A DNA stretch of 64,000 bases, from positions 210,689-274,688 of the forward strand of contig JBFIHA010000001.1 in the NCBI GenBank assembly GCA_041602035.1. The letters are read 5' to 3'. A program made the position numbers and the translations under genes. The stretch is from Gemmatimonadales bacterium (GTDB lineage Bacteria; Gemmatimonadota; Gemmatimonadetes; Gemmatimonadales; GWC2-71-9). Below, one piece after another: positions 61,901 through 64,000 of this stretch. Position 1 is the first letter of the stretch. Each line of letters opens with the position of its first letter. Under the pieces are notes generated by a model. That model did no database searches. It worked only from the letters and a program-made list of their open reading frames with translations, and was not told the origin of the DNA.

Positions 61901-61966
61901 GGCAGACCCGGCGCGGAGCCACTGTCGTGGGGGGGGAACGGGCTGTCGGGGAGTTCGGGGCTCTAG
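58940..61966 (+). CDS. multidomain protein: pseudo-receiver + receiver (REC) + PPDK-N/PEP-synthase-type ATP-grasp (PEP/pyruvate-binding) domain, no phospho-His swivel domain
   Basis: REC1-like region: ILLVTSLYDS...DLIISSLTLGDM, with the acceptor Asp replaced. REC2: IVLVEDN...GIISDIQFP...IMLQSS...FLLKGSP. The ATP-grasp N-lobe has GSMGGKARGLAFVN...AVRSSSLLEDS...FAGIYDT...VVVQQIV. No GGxTSHAA swivel motif occurs anywhere. Confidence 0.75.
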   Translation: MSASSREAGDHDDRVARHAGFQYLMSHRVRDILLVTSLYDSFILAEDGQLGELILGEFLDLNLRHTPELTRVSTGVEALALATQEHRYDLIISSLTLGDMTAPELAVRAAEAGLNAPVVALAYDARDLATFQSSRDVDLLERVFLWQGNAKILLAIVKYIEDRRNLAHDTGEVGVPAIVLVEDNVRYYSAFLPVIYSELMQHAHNLMPEGLNLAHKLMRIRARPKILLCQTYEEAWEFITEYPDEILGIISDIQFPRGGNLDRHAGVELARQVRALRHDIPIMLQSSWPDNAELARQAGASFLLKGSPMLLHQLRAFMADGFGFGDFVFRRPDGSEVDRATDLHSLMEKLETVPAESIAYHASGNHFSRWLKTRTEFTLAERLRPRKLTDFDGVEALRTHLIDAIREYRGEQNLGVVVDFERDRFDGAVPFSRVGTGSMGGKARGLAFVNFLLKQHHASDRFPGVRIAVPPSTVLGTDVFDDFLDFNDLRDFAIGCGDSQQIVDRFLSATLSTAVEKDLAVFLQYARRPLAVRSSSLLEDSQYQPFAGIYDTFMLPNNHADLSVRLAQLVSAIRRVYASTFSRRSKSYLDGTPYRLEEEKMAVVVQQIVGAQHGGVFYPDFAGVARSHNFYPAPPCNSGDGIAAVALGLGRTVMDGERCLRFCPRYPRHVLQFSSVQDFVHYSQREFWALDLGLDTGVIDAPADSRMLHLGLALAEQHGTLQTVGSTFSRENDAVYDGLSRHGVRLVSFAPVLKHEIFPLAEILGFLLEIGEQGTSAPVEIEFAVNLSTPPGMPKEFGFLQMRPLALSREFEELNIGAVRDEDLVVQSPSVLGHGRVDDVRDVVVIDYHRFDRSASKEAAGVVAQLNAELRARRIPYLLIGVGRWGSTDPWLGIPVTWDQIAGVRVIVEAGFKDLRVTPSQGTHFFQNLVSSNVGYFTVNQDIGEGFVDWEWLAQQPAIREARHVRHLRFDRPLTITMNGKNNRGMIGRPGAEPLSWGGNGLSGSSGL

Positions 61967-61982
61967 AAGCTCGACGCGCGCG

Positions 61983-62939
61983 TCACGCCCTCGGTGCCGT
62001 CTTGCCCGGGACGTTCGCCAACATGTCCGCCGTCATCGACGACAAGTCGTAGGTCGGGTCCCATCCCCACTCCTCCCGTGCGGCACTGTCGTCGATCGAA
62101 TCGGGCCAGGAATCGGCGATCGCCTGACGCACGGGGTCCGGGTCGTAGTCGATGGTGAAGGTGGGTACGTGTTCGCGGATGGCGGCCGCCAGTTCCTCGG
62201 GCGTGAAGTTCATGGCGGTGACATTGAATGCGTTGCGGTGACGGAGCCGTGCGGGATCGGCCTCCATGAGCGCCGTCGCCGCCTTCACGGCGTCGGGCAT
62301 GTACATCATGTCGAGACGCGTGTCGGGTTTCAAGAAGCACGTGTAGCGGCCGTGGCGGATGGCGTCGTAGAAGATCTCGACGGCGTAGTCGGTCGTCCCC
62401 CCGCCGGGTGGCGTCAGGTGGGAGATGATTCCGGGGAAGCGAACGCCGCGCGCATCGACGCCGAAGCGCACGTGGTAGTAGTCGCACAACAGCTCCCCGG
62501 CGACCTTGGTGATGCCGTACATGCTGGTCGGTCGTTGGATAGTGTCTTGGGGGGTCCCGTTGGGTGGCGTGCTGGGACCGAATGCACCGATGGAGCTGGG
62601 CACGAACACGGCGCACCGGTGCTCCCGTGCCACCTCGAGCGTTCGATAGAGACCGCCCATGTTGATGTCCCAGGCGACCTGGGGCTTCTCTTCCGCCACC
62701 GCCGAGAGGAGCGCGGCGAGGTGGTAGATGGTGTCGATCTGGTAACGACGCACCGCGTCATGAATCTGTCGCTGCGACGTGCAGTCGACCAACTGGAAGG
62801 GTCCGTCGTCTCCCGTGTCTCGCGGCGCAACGCGAATGTCCGACGCGACCACGTTGTCGGGTCCGTACCGGGCGCGGAGCGCCGGCACCAATTCGGATCC
62901 GATCTGGCCCAGCGCCCCAGTCACGAGGATTCGCTGCAC
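61983..62939 (-). CDS. tdh: NAD-dependent epimerase/dehydratase-fold L-threonine 3-dehydrogenase
   Basis: MQRILVTGALGQIGSEL...YHLAALLSA...YGITK (YxxxK), which is typical of the SDR-type TDH family. Confidence 0.8.
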   Translation of the reverse strand: MQRILVTGALGQIGSELVPALRARYGPDNVVASDIRVAPRDTGDDGPFQLVDCTSQRQIHDAVRRYQIDTIYHLAALLSAVAEEKPQVAWDINMGGLYRTLEVAREHRCAVFVPSSIGAFGPSTPPNGTPQDTIQRPTSMYGITKVAGELLCDYYHVRFGVDARGVRFPGIISHLTPPGGGTTDYAVEIFYDAIRHGRYTCFLKPDTRLDMMYMPDAVKAATALMEADPARLRHRNAFNVTAMNFTPEELAAAIREHVPTFTIDYDPDPVRQAIADSWPDSIDDSAAREEWGWDPTYDLSSMTADMLANVPGKTAPRA

Positions 62940-63132
62940 GGTTCCTCCGCAAGTCGTCGCCCGTGAGTGGTCGTCACAAGAGGAGCTTTCGGTCCTTCGC
63001 GGCCCACTCGCCGAGGTTCGTGCTGAACGGGTTCGCGGCTCCGTACTCGGTCACGACATAGTGCGCGTGGGCCCGGCTGGTAACAAGCTCCCCCATGCAT
63101 GACGGCCACCCCGCAAGGTGCAACGGACCCGC

Positions 63133-64000
63133 TCACCCGCTCACGGGATTCGACGGGTCCTCCAGCGACCGCTCGCCCCAGGTGAAAGCCTCCTCGTTGA
63201 GCTCGAGCATCGCGCAGTCCTTCTGCAGCGTCTCTCGGATCGCGGTGAGAAAACTCTCACGCGGAAACACCTGGGACGCGGCACACAGTGCGCCCAGGGC
63301 GACCACGTTCTTGACCATCTTCTTTCCAAGGTCCACCGCGATTTGCGTAAACGGCACGCCGTAGACTCGAATGCTGGGATCGAGTGAGAGCGGCGTACTC
63401 ACAACAGTGCTGTCGTAGAGAACGATCCCACCCGCCTGGACCGTCGGAGCGAACTTGTCGACGCTCGGGGCGTTGAATGCCACCAAAATGTGCGGTTCGG
63501 GACACGCTGGTGAGAGGACCTCGCCGGCCGCGAGGTGCACGTCGGCATAGGATGTCCCTCCCCGTGATTCCGGGCCGTAACTCGGGATGTAGGTCGAATC
63601 GTGGCCCTCGTTGATCGCCGTACGCGTCGTCAGCAGGGCGATGGTCTGTGCGCCGTCCCCGCCGGCACCGGCGAACTTGATGGCGATGTCGTGGGGGTGG
63701 AGATGTGTGGGGAACTGCTGCCCGAACCGCTCCGGGGCGTCGGTACCACCACCGATCACCGCGAGAACACGGTCCGGCTCGAAACTGGGCGTGCCGAGAT
63801 CGAACCACGGTTCGACGTCCAAGTCTTTCTTCACGCCCAACGGAAACATCGGGACCATCTCGTCCCGCACCCACCGCTCGGCCTCGACCGGCGTCATATG
63901 AAGATGAACTGGACACTCCGAGAGCACCTCGACGAACCCCAGCCCACGGTTCTCCACTTGGAGCCGCAGCGCTTTGAGTATGGCCTTCTTCGCACGGGTG
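63133..64000 (-). CDS. 2-oxoacid:ferredoxin oxidoreductase, fused beta(C-terminal)/gamma subunit, 5' end beyond the window
   Basis: The frame stays open to nt 64000. The gamma (POR) domain shows IKFAGAGGDGAQT...SYGPESRGG, preceded by the end of the TPP-binding beta subunit (GFVEVLSECP). Confidence 0.8.
   Translation of the reverse strand, partial: TRAKKAILKALRLQVENRGLGFVEVLSECPVHLHMTPVEAERWVRDEMVPMFPLGVKKDLDVEPWFDLGTPSFEPDRVLAVIGGGTDAPERFGQQFPTHLHPHDIAIKFAGAGGDGAQTIALLTTRTAINEGHDSTYIPSYGPESRGGTSYADVHLAAGEVLSPACPEPHILVAFNAPSVDKFAPTVQAGGIVLYDSTVVSTPLSLDPSIRVYGVPFTQIAVDLGKKMVKNVVALGALCAASQVFPRESFLTAIRETLQKDCAMLELNEEAFTWGERSLEDPSNPVSG

Noticed and set aside
1-64000. Search for tRNA, rRNA, CRISPR, IS elements, integrases, prophage or toxin-antitoxin modules
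   Set aside because: Intergenic gaps are all 205 bp or shorter. None shows tRNA-like T-arm or acceptor features. I saw no transposase, integrase or phage-like ORFs and no long DNA repeats. This was a by-eye scan only, so short elements could have been missed.

Overview
High-GC (about two-thirds G+C by eye) bacterial chromosomal segment, densely coding, with about 57 protein genes. I found no rRNA, tRNA, CRISPR array, transposase or integrase. The gene content suggests a Gemmatimonadota-like or related Gram-negative organism: many signal-peptide hydrolases, DUF5916/CBM9 proteins, FtsX/MacB-type permeases and a carotenoid cluster. This taxonomic guess is an inference only.

Many long ORFs in the six-frame track are antisense or out-of-frame artefacts of the GC bias. 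Several real genes start well inside the listed ORF. I re-derived those starts from 4-nt ATGA/GTGA or 1-nt TGATG stop/start overlaps and from Shine-Dalgarno-like motifs.

Main blocks:
1. 9.6-14.9 kb: a five-gene, fully translationally coupled envelope system. It encodes a LolA-like periplasmic protein, two FtsX permeases, a LolD/MacB-type ATPase and a predicted outer-membrane barrel. An Spy/CpxP-like gene lies divergently upstream, and an NPP phosphodiesterase and signal peptidase I lie downstream.
2. 17.0-25.3 kb: a minus-strand operon headed by a CarH-type (Wx9EH, B12-binding) MerR photoregulator. The order is carH-crtI-crtB-crtE-cruF-like-acyltransferase-orphan ORF-GT2-(udk). An AT-rich promoter/operator island lies upstream.
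3. 25.4-29.0 kb: a membrane-fusion protein plus two MacB-type permeases, with no ATPase gene nearby.
4. A ferredoxin, a signal-less BtuF-like protein and a bacilliredoxin.
5. Two divergent DUF5916/CBM9 paralogs flanking DUF4097, MscS and HAD genes.
6. A four-gene secreted hydrolase operon. Its second beta-lactamase-fold paralog has SxxM in place of SxxK.
7. An Fe-S (6-4) photolyase/cryptochrome (FeS-BCP) coupled to DUF427. Its promoter resembles the carH promoter.
8. An orphan 1008-aa protein with the architecture pseudo-REC, REC, then PPDK-N ATP-grasp.

I regard the LolA-like five-gene system, the light/B12-controlled carotenoid-glycoside-ester operon with its orphan ORF, and the REC-ATP-grasp protein as the best candidates for undescribed biology. 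All family assignments are by-eye motif recognition and need HMM or structure confirmation.
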